Positions 7,535-17,582 of a DNA stretch of 32,000 bases are shown here, piece after piece (within the stretch, counting starts at the first letter, position 1; each line of letters begins with the position of its first letter). The stretch is from NCBI GenBank assembly GCA_048882505.1, contig JBHLRO010000002.1, positions 180,001 through 212,000 on the forward strand, read 5' to 3'. The translations under genes and the position numbers were made by a program. The stretch is from Candidatus Thorarchaeota archaeon (GTDB lineage: Archaea; Asgardarchaeota; Heimdallarchaeia; Hodarchaeales; Hodarchaeaceae). Below the pieces are notes generated by a model, which had not been told where the DNA came from, searched no databases, and was given only the letters and a program-made list of their open reading frames with translations.

Positions 7535-9931
7535 TTAAATTCCAATATATTTTGCCTGTACTCCCCTATTTAGTAGCTTGAATGCAATTATACTTCCAAG
7601 TCCCATTTCCTTCTTTATATTTAACATATGGAAAGGATAATCTAAGATTAGAGCATCTAGCTTGGTTATGGGAAGCTCTCGTTGAGTTCTCCCTTCCAAA
7701 ACATCAACAGAACTGTCTGTAGCGGCAGTAATCTTGATTGGTGCTCCTATATCAAAGTCTTCTTTATCGTATAGAATAACTGGCTCATCCAACCGTTTTA
7801 ATCTATCAAAGAATGCCTTTTCTTTTTTCCAATTCTTCTTTTTAATCATCTGGAGAAGTGGGGGTGTAAATACTACCAGTTCATTACCATTCATCCGATA
7901 TTGGGTTTGAGTATTATCTTCAAACAGGAAACCAGATTCTGAAAATGTTTTACCGATAGTCACCTCTTTTAGGATCCAAGGTTGGAGTACTCCCTCTTTG
8001 AAAACCAACCAATATTCTTTTCGATCCAGATCTGCCAAATCCAAGCCGAGGCCTGATCGCGTGGAAGATTTCTCTCCATTTTCATTTATAAAATGAAACT
8101 TCTTGAATTTACCATTGCGAAGCTCTATATTGTCTAAGATTACTTTACTCCCCTCCTTGGTAAAATATTCATGATTTGGCTCAGCAAAAGTAATGTAATA
8201 GTCACCTTTAGAAAGAGTGACCGTTTTTCCGTCCCTTGTCTCCATTTCCAGTTTAATGGGGGATACAATGTTATCTGTGAGCTGATACTCTGTGATCTTG
8301 CCCCAAAAAGTAGGTTCATCAACCAACCACGGTCTTGCGAGAACATAACGATCCACAAAATATCTCGCGGTCGATTCTTCGAAGGTGATTTCAAGGTAAT
8401 CATCAACAGTACCGAAATCCCGCATATACTTTTGTGACAGCAGCTCTGCGAGGGCCTCATGGCTCCTTTGGAGTTTCCTGATAGCACGTTTACGAAATCC
8501 AGGCAATAACAATAACCAAACTATCAGGCCTGCCTTGATAGCTCCAATGGAATGATCTATCTGCAGAGCCAGGCGGACACTGGTCAATGGGTGCGATGCA
8601 ATAAGATTCATTATACAAGTCATACGACTAGGGGCAAGATTACGATAGAGATAGTAAGCTTGGTCTCCCATGAAACGGATATTCTCATCCTTGGAACGAT
8701 TTTTTCCTGTCATCAATTGTGCATTAAATCCGATTTCTCCTGCAATCCCGTAATAAAATCCCTCCAGACGATAAAGTGATTCTGCTAAATCAATACCGTA
8801 ACCTAAGTCTCGGGTTACGCAATCAGCTTGGCCTTCTAACATCTTTACGAAAGTTAGTAGAAATGCAAAAAGAATAATGTTGAACAACCAAAAACTAAGG
8901 AAGTCCCACGTTTGATTTGATCCAAGTACATATTCCCAATAAGTTGAGGGCGCATCAATTAGCGCCTTTATGGCGAGTTCTACCGCAGTAATCACAAGCA
9001 GCATTAGTGTATGCCTTTTCTTCAGATGTGCAAGTTCATGGGCAGTGATTCCCCTGATCTCAGCATCCGTGAATTGAGAAAGATCCGTGGTGATATAAGC
9101 AATCCTTTGGTCAAACCATGGACCGTAAGCAAAAGCATTAAGGATTGGGGCTTTAACAACACCGATTTTTCGTATAGAAGTAGGTATCTTTTCCTGAACC
9201 TGCTTAATAATTTTTTTGGCACGTTCGTCGTCCAAAGGTTTTATTCCCAACAAAATGGTCAGTAAAGGACCAGAAAACAAGTAGATAAGAACATTAGTTG
9301 CGAAGATTGCAATATACTTTGCTAAGTCGGGAAGATTAAGTTGTAAAATGATGAATAATGCAACTAGATAAAGCACCAAATATACCATTTGAGGGCTGAT
9401 AAATCTGGTCACTATAATGAACTTTCGACCAAAAACAAGAAAGGCCGTCACCAACATAATCCAAATAATAAGATTATAACCAATACCAACAAAGAACTGC
9501 TGGATGTTGATTTCAGGATTAAATCCCCATCCTATCAGAATATTCTTGATCGCTATCCCCGTGGTGGGGAGTACTTTTGTGGTAATATATCCCAGAAGAG
9601 TCATCACAAAGAAAAATCCATAACTGATGGTAAACGTCCCCATCATCCGGGCCCAGATGGCATTTTCTCTCACTTCAAAGGTTCCAATCACCATTAAGCC
9701 AAGAATGGCGGCAAGTCCTGATAACAATAGATCTCCTGTCACAGTGAAAAATATGGTAGCCAAAAGGCCGATACCTGAGAGTTCTAAAAGATCGGGATAA
9801 CTATGGTACTTAAGGTATTTTCGCAATTCTAACACGAAAACGAGCATCAGTAAGAGACTTGCAAGGCCAGCCAGAAGTTGTTCAATTGAAAGGCTACCTA
9901 AAAATTCCTGTAACTCGTATTGATAGATCAA
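7535..9931 (-). CDS. M48 family (HtpX/Ste24-like) integral membrane zinc metalloprotease with long N- and C-terminal extensions
   Basis: LNAFAYG, HELAH (HExxH), EGQAD third zinc ligand and SHP motifs. About seven N-terminal TM helices and a soluble C-terminal extension of about 300 aa. Confidence 0.85.
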   Translation of the reverse strand: MIYQYELQEFLGSLSIEQLLAGLASLLLMLVFVLELRKYLKYHSYPDLLELSGIGLLATIFFTVTGDLLLSGLAAILGLMVIGTFEVRENAIWARMMGTFTISYGFFFVMTLLGYITTKVLPTTGIAIKNILIGWGFNPEINIQQFFVGIGYNLIIWIMLVTAFLVFGRKFIIVTRFISPQMVYLVLYLVALFIILQLNLPDLAKYIAIFATNVLIYLFSGPLLTILLGIKPLDDERAKKIIKQVQEKIPTSIRKIGVVKAPILNAFAYGPWFDQRIAYITTDLSQFTDAEIRGITAHELAHLKKRHTLMLLVITAVELAIKALIDAPSTYWEYVLGSNQTWDFLSFWLFNIILFAFLLTFVKMLEGQADCVTRDLGYGIDLAESLYRLEGFYYGIAGEIGFNAQLMTGKNRSKDENIRFMGDQAYYLYRNLAPSRMTCIMNLIASHPLTSVRLALQIDHSIGAIKAGLIVWLLLLPGFRKRAIRKLQRSHEALAELLSQKYMRDFGTVDDYLEITFEESTARYFVDRYVLARPWLVDEPTFWGKITEYQLTDNIVSPIKLEMETRDGKTVTLSKGDYYITFAEPNHEYFTKEGSKVILDNIELRNGKFKKFHFINENGEKSSTRSGLGLDLADLDRKEYWLVFKEGVLQPWILKEVTIGKTFSESGFLFEDNTQTQYRMNGNELVVFTPPLLQMIKKKNWKKEKAFFDRLKRLDEPVILYDKEDFDIGAPIKITAATDSSVDVLEGRTQRELPITKLDALILDYPFHMLNIKKEMGLGSIIAFKLLNRGVQAKYIGI

Positions 9932-10015
9932 CGGAGGAATTCACCTGTATTCTACCGAGACATCTAAAGCATGCTTTTCCCAGGGTATTTAAAAGCTAAA
10001 AAAAGGGGATTTAAA

Positions 10016-10936
10016 ATGGCTATTGAGGATATTATGGTGAAAAGTAAAACCAAGCCCTCATGGATCCGAGCAAAATTACCAACCCGCAGACAATATCGGA
10101 CCGTTCAAAAACTCCTAGAGCGGCAAAGTCTTCACACAGTTTGTGAAGAGGCGTTTTGTCCCAACATAACCGAATGTTGGGAATCTGGAACCGCTACATT
10201 TCTTCTCATGGGAGATGTCTGTACACGTGGCTGCAAGTTTTGTGATATTAAAGCCGGAAATCCACGAAAATGGCTGGATCGAGAAGAGCCACGGAAAGTA
10301 GCGGAAGTAATCAACAATCTTTCTTTGAAATATGTTGTACTAACCTCAGTTGATCGTGATGATCTAGAGGACGGTGGAGCAACGCATCTTGCCCAGTGCA
10401 TTAATACTGTTCGTGAGTTAAACCCTGATATCTTAGTAGAGATCCTTATACCAGATTTTAAGGGTAATCTTGCTTCTTTACGTACCATTGTGGAAGCAAA
10501 ACCAGATGTTATCGGCCACAACATTGAAACTACCGAAAAATTGACTCCCAAGGTTCGAGACAAAAGGGCAAGTTATAACCAATCATTATTTGTCCTAAAA
10601 AGTATCAAAAACATGAACCCGCATATTTTAACCAAATCATCGATAATGCTGGGATTAGGAGAGACCATGGCACAGGTTCATTCAGCCCTGCGAGACCTAC
10701 GGAAGAATATTGTGGACATCGTAACGTTCGGACAGTACCTACAGCCTTCCCGACGACATCTTCCGGTAGTTGAATATGTTACACCCCAGATGTTTAGGCA
10801 GTGGGAGCAAATCGCATCAGGAATGGGATTTCTATATGTGGTCTCCGGTCCGCTTGTTCGTTCTAGCTATAAGGCAGGAGAGTTCTACATAGAACGCTAC
10901 TTGAGGGGAAGGCAGCATCCACCAAACAACACCTAG
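10016..10936 (+). CDS. lipA: Lipoyl synthase (radical SAM)
   Basis: CEEAFCPNITEC (CX4CX5C), CTRGCKFC (CX3CX2C) and the C-terminal RSSY motif. Start probably ATG 10016. Confidence 0.97.
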   Translation: MAIEDIMVKSKTKPSWIRAKLPTRRQYRTVQKLLERQSLHTVCEEAFCPNITECWESGTATFLLMGDVCTRGCKFCDIKAGNPRKWLDREEPRKVAEVINNLSLKYVVLTSVDRDDLEDGGATHLAQCINTVRELNPDILVEILIPDFKGNLASLRTIVEAKPDVIGHNIETTEKLTPKVRDKRASYNQSLFVLKSIKNMNPHILTKSSIMLGLGETMAQVHSALRDLRKNIVDIVTFGQYLQPSRRHLPVVEYVTPQMFRQWEQIASGMGFLYVVSGPLVRSSYKAGEFYIERYLRGRQHPPNNT

Positions 10937-11108
10937 CAGTTGTATTCGTCCAATTCCCAAAAATTCCAGAATGATTTCGAACCTCGCAAGACGATGTTTT
11001 GTGACGCTGTCAAGCTAACCATCTAGTAGTACGATCTAGTAATTCTCTCCGTATTTCGGAGGATTTCTCTGGATAGATTTTAAAATTTTTTAATCCAATG
11101 AATCACTG

Positions 11109-12125
11109 ATGGTTATGCGAACACAACCGAATCAGTTTCCTGGCGAACCGAGAGGACAAAAATGTCCAGAGTGCGGGGCTGAGGGTGAAATTGTCTCGGA
11201 TCAAAGATCTGGCCAGGCTATATGTGCATGCTGCGGCGTCGTCATTAATTCTTTGATGATCGATCGAGGACCGGAATGGAGGGCATATGATTATTTTGAG
11301 GAACAGGATCGATCCCGAGGCGGATCGCCCTTAACCTTACTACAACCCGATTTAGGGATAAAAACCCAAATAAGTCGTAGTCGAAAGGACGGTAAAGGGA
11401 GGAAATTATCTTCATCCAAACGACTTGTTTTTAATCGGTTGAGCAATGTAGACAACCACGCTAATTCTGCTGAAATCCGAAATCTTCGTATCGCACTTCG
11501 TGAGTTGAAACGATTACGGAGTCAAATGGAGTTACCAGATCGAACAGCCCAGACCGCAAGTAAAGTATATCGTGAATGTCTGAAAAAGAATCTGATACGT
11601 GGTCGTTCGATTGACGGAATGATTGCGGCTAGTCTTTATCTAGCATGCAGGAAAACAAAAATCCCACTCACTCTCAAGGATGTTGCCATAAATGCTAATG
11701 TATCGTCTAAAGAATTGGGACGGTGTGTCAGGACAATCATACAACATCTTCAGACCAAACCAGATAGCGGTAGACATGAAGCTCTGATCCACCGATTAGG
11801 AGGGGAATTATCCCTGTCTATGCCCACTCGCATGGCAGCGGTGAAAATCGCAATACGAACCCGTGAATACGGGATTACGGTGGGCAAAAACCCTATGTCG
11901 ATTGCAGCCGCCTGCCTCTATATAGCAGGAGTTAAAACAGGGGAACGCCGAACACAACAACAAATCGCTCGTGCAGCTAAAACCACGCCCGTAACAATCC
12001 GCAATCGTTTCAAAGAGATCGTTCGAGTGCTAGAAATGCACGATATTGAAGTTAAACGAGGTGCTGCGGCTGTTCCAGTCTTTATTAAGGATCCTCGGGC
12101 CCATTTTGGTGTTTCTTCACAATAA
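11109..12125 (+). CDS. tfb: Transcription initiation factor IIB (TFB)
   Basis: Zinc ribbon CPECG...CACCG, B-reader GPEWRAY, and two cyclin repeats (GRSIDGMIAASLYLACR; GKNPMSIAAACLYIA...TQQQIA...VTIRNRFKEI). Confidence 0.95.
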   Translation: MVMRTQPNQFPGEPRGQKCPECGAEGEIVSDQRSGQAICACCGVVINSLMIDRGPEWRAYDYFEEQDRSRGGSPLTLLQPDLGIKTQISRSRKDGKGRKLSSSKRLVFNRLSNVDNHANSAEIRNLRIALRELKRLRSQMELPDRTAQTASKVYRECLKKNLIRGRSIDGMIAASLYLACRKTKIPLTLKDVAINANVSSKELGRCVRTIIQHLQTKPDSGRHEALIHRLGGELSLSMPTRMAAVKIAIRTREYGITVGKNPMSIAAACLYIAGVKTGERRTQQQIARAAKTTPVTIRNRFKEIVRVLEMHDIEVKRGAAAVPVFIKDPRAHFGVSSQ

Positions 12126-12152
12126 ATAATTCACTATCGCTTAGATTCCATA

Positions 12153-13457
12153 TCAGTTCGGTTTATTTTGGCCTAGCTGCGCGAATTTTATCCTTTGAAT
12201 TGATCCAGATCCCTTTATTTCCATGATGACCAGAGGGCCCACCAATAATGCCAAAAGTTCCGTGAAAATGACAAATCCAATCGTGATTAAGCTAGGGATA
12301 ATCAATAACATTATCACTGGTACGATTTCAAACATGATAAAAAGGACAAGATTTGCTGAGAGAGAAAGAAAATCGGCGAAAGAAGGACGGGATAAGAATC
12401 TAATTCTCTCTTTCAAAAAGTGACGTTTAGAAAAACCAGCAACCAGTAGTCCACAAAATGAAGTTACTATGAGGATAATTATACTGGTATCAACTAGGAT
12501 CTGGAGGTCTGCGAGACTCGCAAGGGAAATGATCACTGAGAAAATATTCCACGCGCCGTGAAAAACTACAGCATAGAAAAATCCCCATCGTAAATATATT
12601 ATGCCCAGGATTAATCCTAAGATGAATGTGACCGAAAGATGGAGGATAATGTACCTGAGCGATCCAATCTGAAGATCTCCTGGAAGATGCATTAGACTAA
12701 AAATGAGCGCGCTCGTGACTACCGCAGATTCATCTGACTTAAGCTGAATGAGTAACATCGAAATCGCATATCGACGAAATACTAGTTCCTCAAAAATCGG
12801 GCCTATAAGTCCAGCTAAGATGGCAAACAATACGATATTTACTTGATCTAGAAAAAAGATGTCATATGGTGTTGTTTGAATCGGGTCGAACCTTAGCAAA
12901 TCCAGAGCGAGGTCGATAAGAGAAACGCTAATCTCAATAACCGAAACAGTGATACCAAACAGGATCCCAAGCAAAACTAGAGTTTGGAACTTGAGTCCAT
13001 GATGCTTTTCACGATCGAAGGAAATGGGGACCCCCCTCATGAGAAGAGCGATCATAACTAACGTACCTATGATCACTGTTAAGAGGATAGACAATCCTTC
13101 TTCTGGGGTATTTGGTGCGATAACTTCTGAAACCATACCAGACGCTACCAGGAGATAGCCTGCGATAAGTTGGATTAATGAACTAGCTGCAAGCAAAAAG
13201 ATGATTAGGAGGCTGGGGTAAACAATTCTCATCTTCCTGATTAGCTTTTGAATTCGAGATGGAGTCGTAGGTTGGGAGATGTTTTCGTTCAACGCGCCAC
13301 AGAACGGACAAAATCCCACCCACAATGGGATTTCCTGGTAACATTGGTGACATTGTTTGTTTTCGGGTAGTTTATTGCCACAAAAAACGCAAAATTTACC
13401 TGGCGGAGTATAACGTCCACAATGCTTACATAGATGCATGGACAACTGTTGGTTCAT
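12153..13457 (-). CDS. Double-zinc-ribbon domain fused to a CPBP (Abi/Rce1-like) intramembrane glutamic endopeptidase
   Basis: Four CxxC pairs at the N-terminus, then EELVFR, FSLMH and FHGAWN motifs within multiple TM helices. Confidence 0.88.
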   Translation of the reverse strand: MNQQLSMHLCKHCGRYTPPGKFCVFCGNKLPENKQCHQCYQEIPLWVGFCPFCGALNENISQPTTPSRIQKLIRKMRIVYPSLLIIFLLAASSLIQLIAGYLLVASGMVSEVIAPNTPEEGLSILLTVIIGTLVMIALLMRGVPISFDREKHHGLKFQTLVLLGILFGITVSVIEISVSLIDLALDLLRFDPIQTTPYDIFFLDQVNIVLFAILAGLIGPIFEELVFRRYAISMLLIQLKSDESAVVTSALIFSLMHLPGDLQIGSLRYIILHLSVTFILGLILGIIYLRWGFFYAVVFHGAWNIFSVIISLASLADLQILVDTSIIILIVTSFCGLLVAGFSKRHFLKERIRFLSRPSFADFLSLSANLVLFIMFEIVPVIMLLIIPSLITIGFVIFTELLALLVGPLVIMEIKGSGSIQRIKFAQLGQNKPN

Positions 13458-13811
13458 CCAATACCATTTTAAATGATCAGGATTTAAAAAAACACTTACA
13501 AAAACTTCGCACTCTTAATAAATGTCTGTAAGTCCTATACCGAGTATTCAAATGCTAGATCAGATAATTTTAATGTTTACTTCTTCTAGCAGATATAGAG
13601 CACTTGAAAACGACGTTCTTTGTAATAACAGAAGAACAATGTGTAGGAAAACCAGTAAGATTGCGGAATATTTGAAAGAAACTTTTATGACAAAAAAAAC
13701 GGCCAAAAACAACTTAAATATCGAAGGGTAATTAACCCCGTTCCGAACCCATTCCAAAGAAATTGACATAGATATCCATATGCATTCCCTTATTCAGCGA
13801 ATCTGTCACAG

Positions 13812-14843
13812 ATGGGCATGAGGTTTTTTTCCGTGTCACTATTGGCCAATTTTATTGATGACGAGATCATGACGGTTCTTAACGTCAAGCTCAATGAGGC
13901 TATCAATGGAATGACCAGTCCTACCCGCGAACGAATTCGTGAATTTATTTTCAACTCCAAAGGAAAGCAGCTGCGCCCTGCTCTAATCGCGGTAACCACT
14001 AAGATTTTGGTAGATAATGTAGATTATCGGGAGGAAGCTATGGAGCGATCGTACAATGCAGCGATAGCCATAGAACTCTTGCATAATATGACCCTAATCC
14101 ACGATGATCTGATTGATCGTGCACCGCTACGACGAGGGCGTAAAGCGTTCCACATTGTACATGGAACGGATCGTGCACTTCATGACGGGGATATCCTTCA
14201 TGCGTACGCCTTAACCCTCCTGAAAGAGGAACCTACATTGGACTTGGTACTCGATTACTCTTATCAGGTTAGCCTAGGTAACGCGATCGAATTAGAGGAT
14301 CGCTTAGATCAAAACTTTGGGTTCGACCTGGATCATGTGATCCGTATCATGGAGTTAAAGACTGCGATCGTATTTGCAGGATGCGTGAAGCTCGGATGTT
14401 TTGCTGGTCGTCGTGAAGATCTCTTCACCGAACGCGTTCATGATGCCATAGTCGCCGCAGGGATAGCGTTTCAGATTCAAGATGATTTTTTAGACATTCG
14501 GGGCGATCAAGAGCAATTTGGTAAAATTGCTTACTGGGATATCCAAGAGAGTAAACGAAATCTCTTTCTATACTTCGCATTACAGACAGATCATGCAGAA
14601 CGGGTTAAAGAGATCTATAACAAGCCTGTTGGTGAAAAAACCGAGGAGGAGGTGCGTGAAATCCTAAAGATTTTTCGTAGTGCCAGTCTCCAGGTTCAAG
14701 AGGTGCGAAACAAATACCTGGAATTTTCACTACGTGAATTGGCCACTATTCAAGATAATCTAGATGCAGAAGATACGGCCGCGCAGGAACTCTTCGATTT
14801 CCTTCAGATTCTTGTACGAATCTTGGTTGAAAGAGAAAAATAA
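13812..14843 (+). CDS. idsA: Polyprenyl diphosphate synthase (GGPP synthase-like, trans-IPPS)
   Basis: GKQLRP, first Asp-rich motif HDDLID..RRG, KT motif and second Asp-rich motif QIQDDFLD. Product chain length cannot be determined from sequence alone. Confidence 0.88.
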   Translation: MGMRFFSVSLLANFIDDEIMTVLNVKLNEAINGMTSPTRERIREFIFNSKGKQLRPALIAVTTKILVDNVDYREEAMERSYNAAIAIELLHNMTLIHDDLIDRAPLRRGRKAFHIVHGTDRALHDGDILHAYALTLLKEEPTLDLVLDYSYQVSLGNAIELEDRLDQNFGFDLDHVIRIMELKTAIVFAGCVKLGCFAGRREDLFTERVHDAIVAAGIAFQIQDDFLDIRGDQEQFGKIAYWDIQESKRNLFLYFALQTDHAERVKEIYNKPVGEKTEEEVREILKIFRSASLQVQEVRNKYLEFSLRELATIQDNLDAEDTAAQELFDFLQILVRILVEREK

Positions 14844-15089
14844 TCATGTACCAAGCGTATCAAAGATGAACGTCAGTTCTTCGGCACTCTCTTTGTTAAA
14901 CAGCGGGAAGAGTGAGTTTTTCATTCACTAATCTGTGTACCTTTCCTCCTTTCCACACAACATTTTTAATACGTGAAATAGACTGGAGTCCGACTTGTAA
15001 TAAGATCCTGACCTGCGAGATCCGAAGCCGCAAAGACGGTTGCTTCCGCCTCCTAGCGCATTTGGTGAATATTTTCTACCACTGTTCAT

Positions 15090-15116
15090 AAAAATGAGTC
15101 AAGAAAAATGAGTCAA
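15090..15116 (+). repeat. 13-bp direct repeat AAAAATGAGTCAA overlapping the start codon; creates the uORF MSQEK* (15094-15111)
   Basis: Copies at 15090-15102 and 15104-15116. The uORF stop TGA (15109-15111) overlaps the ATG at 15108. Confidence 0.6.
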
Positions 15117-15971
15117 CGCACACCTACACATAAGTACACTATTGAATTCGATCAAAGTTTATGGACAAACCTCGTTGATGTCGCAGGACACGGTAACATC
15201 AAGCAGTTTATTATCCAAGCCCTTACAGTTGCTTTAGAAGCTTACACAGTGAAAGCTATCATCTTATGTGGAGGGAAAGGGACTGGATTTCGACCATTTT
15301 CAATAGCTACTCCTCCCGTGATGCTACCAATAGGTTATAAGCCCATAATAGAGTATTCAATTGATTTACTGCGTAAGCACGCGTTAACTGACATCTTTCT
15401 GGCAGTAGGTTATCTTCGGGAGCATATTCGCACTCAATTTTCAGAACATACCATCCCTGAGGTCAACATGCGCTATGTGATTGAAGATAAGCCTCTTGAT
15501 ACCGCTGGTGCGCTGCTAAATGTGAAAGCCCAACACAAATCTAAATTTCAAACTACTTTTCTTGTAATGAATGGTGATTTGGTCACCAATTGTAATTTAA
15601 CGGAGTTGTTAAAATTCCATCGTGCGGTCGTGGATAAGAGTGGAGTTGGTTCCATGTTTATCTTGAAAACAGAACAAGGCGGCCAAGTTGAAATTGGAGA
15701 TGAAGATGAACAAGTAGTTCGATTTGCCGCGGGTGGGAAGAAGAACTACACACTAACTAACGCTGGAATCTATGTATTTGAGCCCGAAATATTTTCCTAT
15801 ATTGAAAAAGACGTTTCCTCCTTAGAAAAAGATGTGTTTCCGGCCCTGGCTAAGGATGGAGTACTATATGGGTATGTCCCCGATACTCCAGTCTATTGGA
15901 ACCATATCAATTCTCTAGAAAAGTACACCCAAGGTTGGGCAGATTTCTTGGCTGGCAAGCTTAATTTTTGA
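15108..15971 (+). CDS. Ribbon-helix-helix domain fused to a degenerate sugar-1-phosphate nucleotidyltransferase (GMPP-like)
   Basis: The N-terminal ~45 aa show an RHH pattern (KYTIEF-DQSLWTNLVDVA-G-NIKQFIIQAL). Nucleotidyltransferase motifs follow: ILCGGKGTGFRP, LDTAGAL, VMNGD and NAGIYVF. There is no LbH domain. Confidence 0.8.
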   Translation: MSQRTPTHKYTIEFDQSLWTNLVDVAGHGNIKQFIIQALTVALEAYTVKAIILCGGKGTGFRPFSIATPPVMLPIGYKPIIEYSIDLLRKHALTDIFLAVGYLREHIRTQFSEHTIPEVNMRYVIEDKPLDTAGALLNVKAQHKSKFQTTFLVMNGDLVTNCNLTELLKFHRAVVDKSGVGSMFILKTEQGGQVEIGDEDEQVVRFAAGGKKNYTLTNAGIYVFEPEIFSYIEKDVSSLEKDVFPALAKDGVLYGYVPDTPVYWNHINSLEKYTQGWADFLAGKLNF

Positions 15972-17527
15972 TTTTTCTCTGCAGGCTGAAAACCTTGCTC
16001 ATTTTATGGCTAAACCGTATTATTTCATGGATAACTTTAGGGATATCCCTTCTAGTCTTAGGTTTTATCCCAATTTACCTAGTATTCAGTTTTGTGGAGA
16101 TCGTAACATACCCTGATTATTTAGGTATTGTTTTAAATTTCCTCCTCCTAGCCATTGAAGCATTTGGTTATCTTTTTGCCTTCTACCTACTTTATATGAT
16201 TTCTGGAGCCTTCAAATTTCGGTCTCAACCCCCGTTCCCCCAGACAGTTACCTCGTTTCACCCTTCGTTTAGTATCATAGTTCCATCTCATGGCACTCCA
16301 TTCCCAATATTGAAAGAGACCCTGCTTGGGACCCTCGCCTTAAAGTATGATGACTATGAGATAATTGTAAGTGACAACGGAGTTGATCCGAAAGTTACAG
16401 ATCAATTACGTGAGTTTTGTGAGGAACATCAAATCCCGTTTCATTGGAAGCCGGATTCACGGGGGTTTAAGGCGGGGAATATAAATGCGGTACTTGAAAA
16501 AACTCATGGGGATCTGATCGTAATCCTAGACTCAGATCATATTCCAGTGCCTGATCTGCTAACACTGTTCGCAGAAGTCATGGGAGACGAAACTATAGGG
16601 TACATTCAAACTAAAGTATCTTACAGAAATTTAACAAAAATTTATCAGGCTGCAAACTCGATTCTTTATTCTCAATTCTTTGAAGTGTTTGAGGCGGCAA
16701 AAGACCCTCGTGGTGTGGCTTTGTTCAATGGAACCACAGGTTGTTTTCGTCGGGATGCTTTGTTAGCGGTTGACGGATTTTCGGAAGAAACGCTGATCGA
16801 AGATATTGATACATCCATGAAAATTCTAGCACGAGGCTACACTGGCCGTTTTCTCAACGTGGTAGGATCTCGTGGTCTGGTTCCCGAATCCGCAAAGGGA
16901 CAGATCATTCAATTGTGGCGTTGGGCCCATGGAGCATGTAGCCTCCTTCGGCTTCGGTTTCGGGAATTGTTTAAATCACCCCACTTGAGCTGGCCGAAAA
17001 AATTAGAACTCATCCTCAATACAATGGCCTTTTTCTCTGGAATTAGTATTGTTCTGTTGATCTCATTGCTTGCGCTTTTAGTTTTGTTCGATATGCCCTT
17101 TATCCGACCTGTCATTTTCGAATTTCATTTGGGATATCTACTACCCAGTTTAGTAGGTATTTCCTATTCCATGGCAGCTTTCTTGGCCATACTTTGGGAA
17201 CCTCGACAGCAGCATCTCGTGATCCGACTTCTTCAACTGATTCCTTTCTATTTATTCTCTTTAGGAACGTTTCTCTATTTGATCTCGGGGATAGTGGAAG
17301 GTCTCCTGTTAAAGAACACTCCACTAACTGAAGGCAGTGTTTGGAATCGAGAGATTCGAGTTGTCCGGAATTCATTGTTTGCACTCCTCTTCTGTGGAAT
17401 CTTAGTCCTGATTGGCATCTTCGGAGCAACTCATAGCTTCGGCCTTTTTGTTGCAGGTGGCGCTGCATTCTGGATGTTGGCACCCCTTGTTCTAATCTAT
17501 GAAGAAGTTAACCCCCCCGAACAATAG
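15968..17527 (+). CDS. Processive GT2 glycosyltransferase, cellulose-synthase (BcsA/CesA)-like
   Basis: FKAGNIN, DSDH (DxD), IED catalytic-base motif and QLWRW (QxxRW). Two N-terminal and several C-terminal TM helices; no PilZ domain. Overlaps the upstream gene by 4 nt. Confidence 0.9.
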   Translation: MIFLCRLKTLLILWLNRIISWITLGISLLVLGFIPIYLVFSFVEIVTYPDYLGIVLNFLLLAIEAFGYLFAFYLLYMISGAFKFRSQPPFPQTVTSFHPSFSIIVPSHGTPFPILKETLLGTLALKYDDYEIIVSDNGVDPKVTDQLREFCEEHQIPFHWKPDSRGFKAGNINAVLEKTHGDLIVILDSDHIPVPDLLTLFAEVMGDETIGYIQTKVSYRNLTKIYQAANSILYSQFFEVFEAAKDPRGVALFNGTTGCFRRDALLAVDGFSEETLIEDIDTSMKILARGYTGRFLNVVGSRGLVPESAKGQIIQLWRWAHGACSLLRLRFRELFKSPHLSWPKKLELILNTMAFFSGISIVLLISLLALLVLFDMPFIRPVIFEFHLGYLLPSLVGISYSMAAFLAILWEPRQQHLVIRLLQLIPFYLFSLGTFLYLISGIVEGLLLKNTPLTEGSVWNREIRVVRNSLFALLFCGILVLIGIFGATHSFGLFVAGGAAFWMLAPLVLIYEEVNPPEQ

Positions 17528-17582
17528 AAAGTTAGTTCTATAAATTCACAGCCAAAGCATCTTCGTAGGTTGTACAATCAAT

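Noticed and set aside
2419-14843. Apparent CAAX-prenylation pathway (prenyltransferase-like toroid, Ste24-like M48, Rce1-like CPBP, GGPP synthase)
   Set aside because: The genes are not operonic and are interleaved with unrelated genes. The toroid protein is predicted to be extracellular, all four families are widespread in prokaryotes, and no ORF in the window ends in a CaaX box.
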